This document shows positions 42,231 through 42,419 of a stretch of DNA of 42,419 nt, one piece after another; position 1 is the stretch's first letter, and the number at the start of each line of letters is the position of its first letter. Source of the DNA: Hyphochytrium catenoides (Eukaryota > Protista > Hyphochytriomycota). The translations under genes were made by a program, and so were the position numbers. The stretch is from positions 1 to 42,419 of the forward strand of contig FLMG01001782.1 of assembly GCA_900088475.1 (NCBI GenBank), in the 5' to 3' direction. The notes under the pieces were generated by a model. It searched no databases, was not told the DNA's origin, and worked only from the letters and a program-made list of their open reading frames with translations.

Positions 42231-42419
42231 AGGAGGAGAGGAGAGAGAGTCGAGGAGACAGAAAGAGAGAGAGAGAGAAGATGTCAACAGTCCGTCCACT
42301 ACCGTTTTAGCCCGGCCAAGCACAGACTCAAGTGAGCTCACACACCTACAAGCCTCACCCACGGTCTTCATATATCTAACATTTATACTGCAAACCCAGC
42401 TATTACACGCTGTCACATC

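Overview
Gene-dense, intron-rich eukaryotic nuclear DNA, probably from a microalga or protist; the taxon cannot be fixed from sequence alone. Bases 1-1637 are a miniature, internally rearranged Ty1/copia LTR retrotransposon derivative: partial 5' LTR, half-tRNA-iMet PBS, antisense gag-like fragment, sense protease/pre-integrase fragment, a ~245-bp RNase H fold-back inverted repeat, PPT and a complete 351-bp 3' LTR. A (CT)n microsatellite with an N-gap follows. Eight spliced protein genes come next: IBA57/YgfZ (+), RNA Pol I second-largest subunit RPA2/RPA135 (-), RTF1 (+), a DUSP/USP deubiquitinase with an embedded chromo-barrel-like domain (+), an ankyrin-C2 protein (-), an ankyrin/Pro-rich/calponin-homology protein (+), CPSF2/CPSF100 (+) and DGAT2 (+). 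Exon structures were reconstructed by hand from GT-AG signals and reading-frame continuity, so CDS coordinates are gene spans that include introns. The most striking object is the scrambled mini-copia, whose transcript would be an antisense and long-hairpin RNA against its own family (a candidate 'killer'/silencer retroelement).
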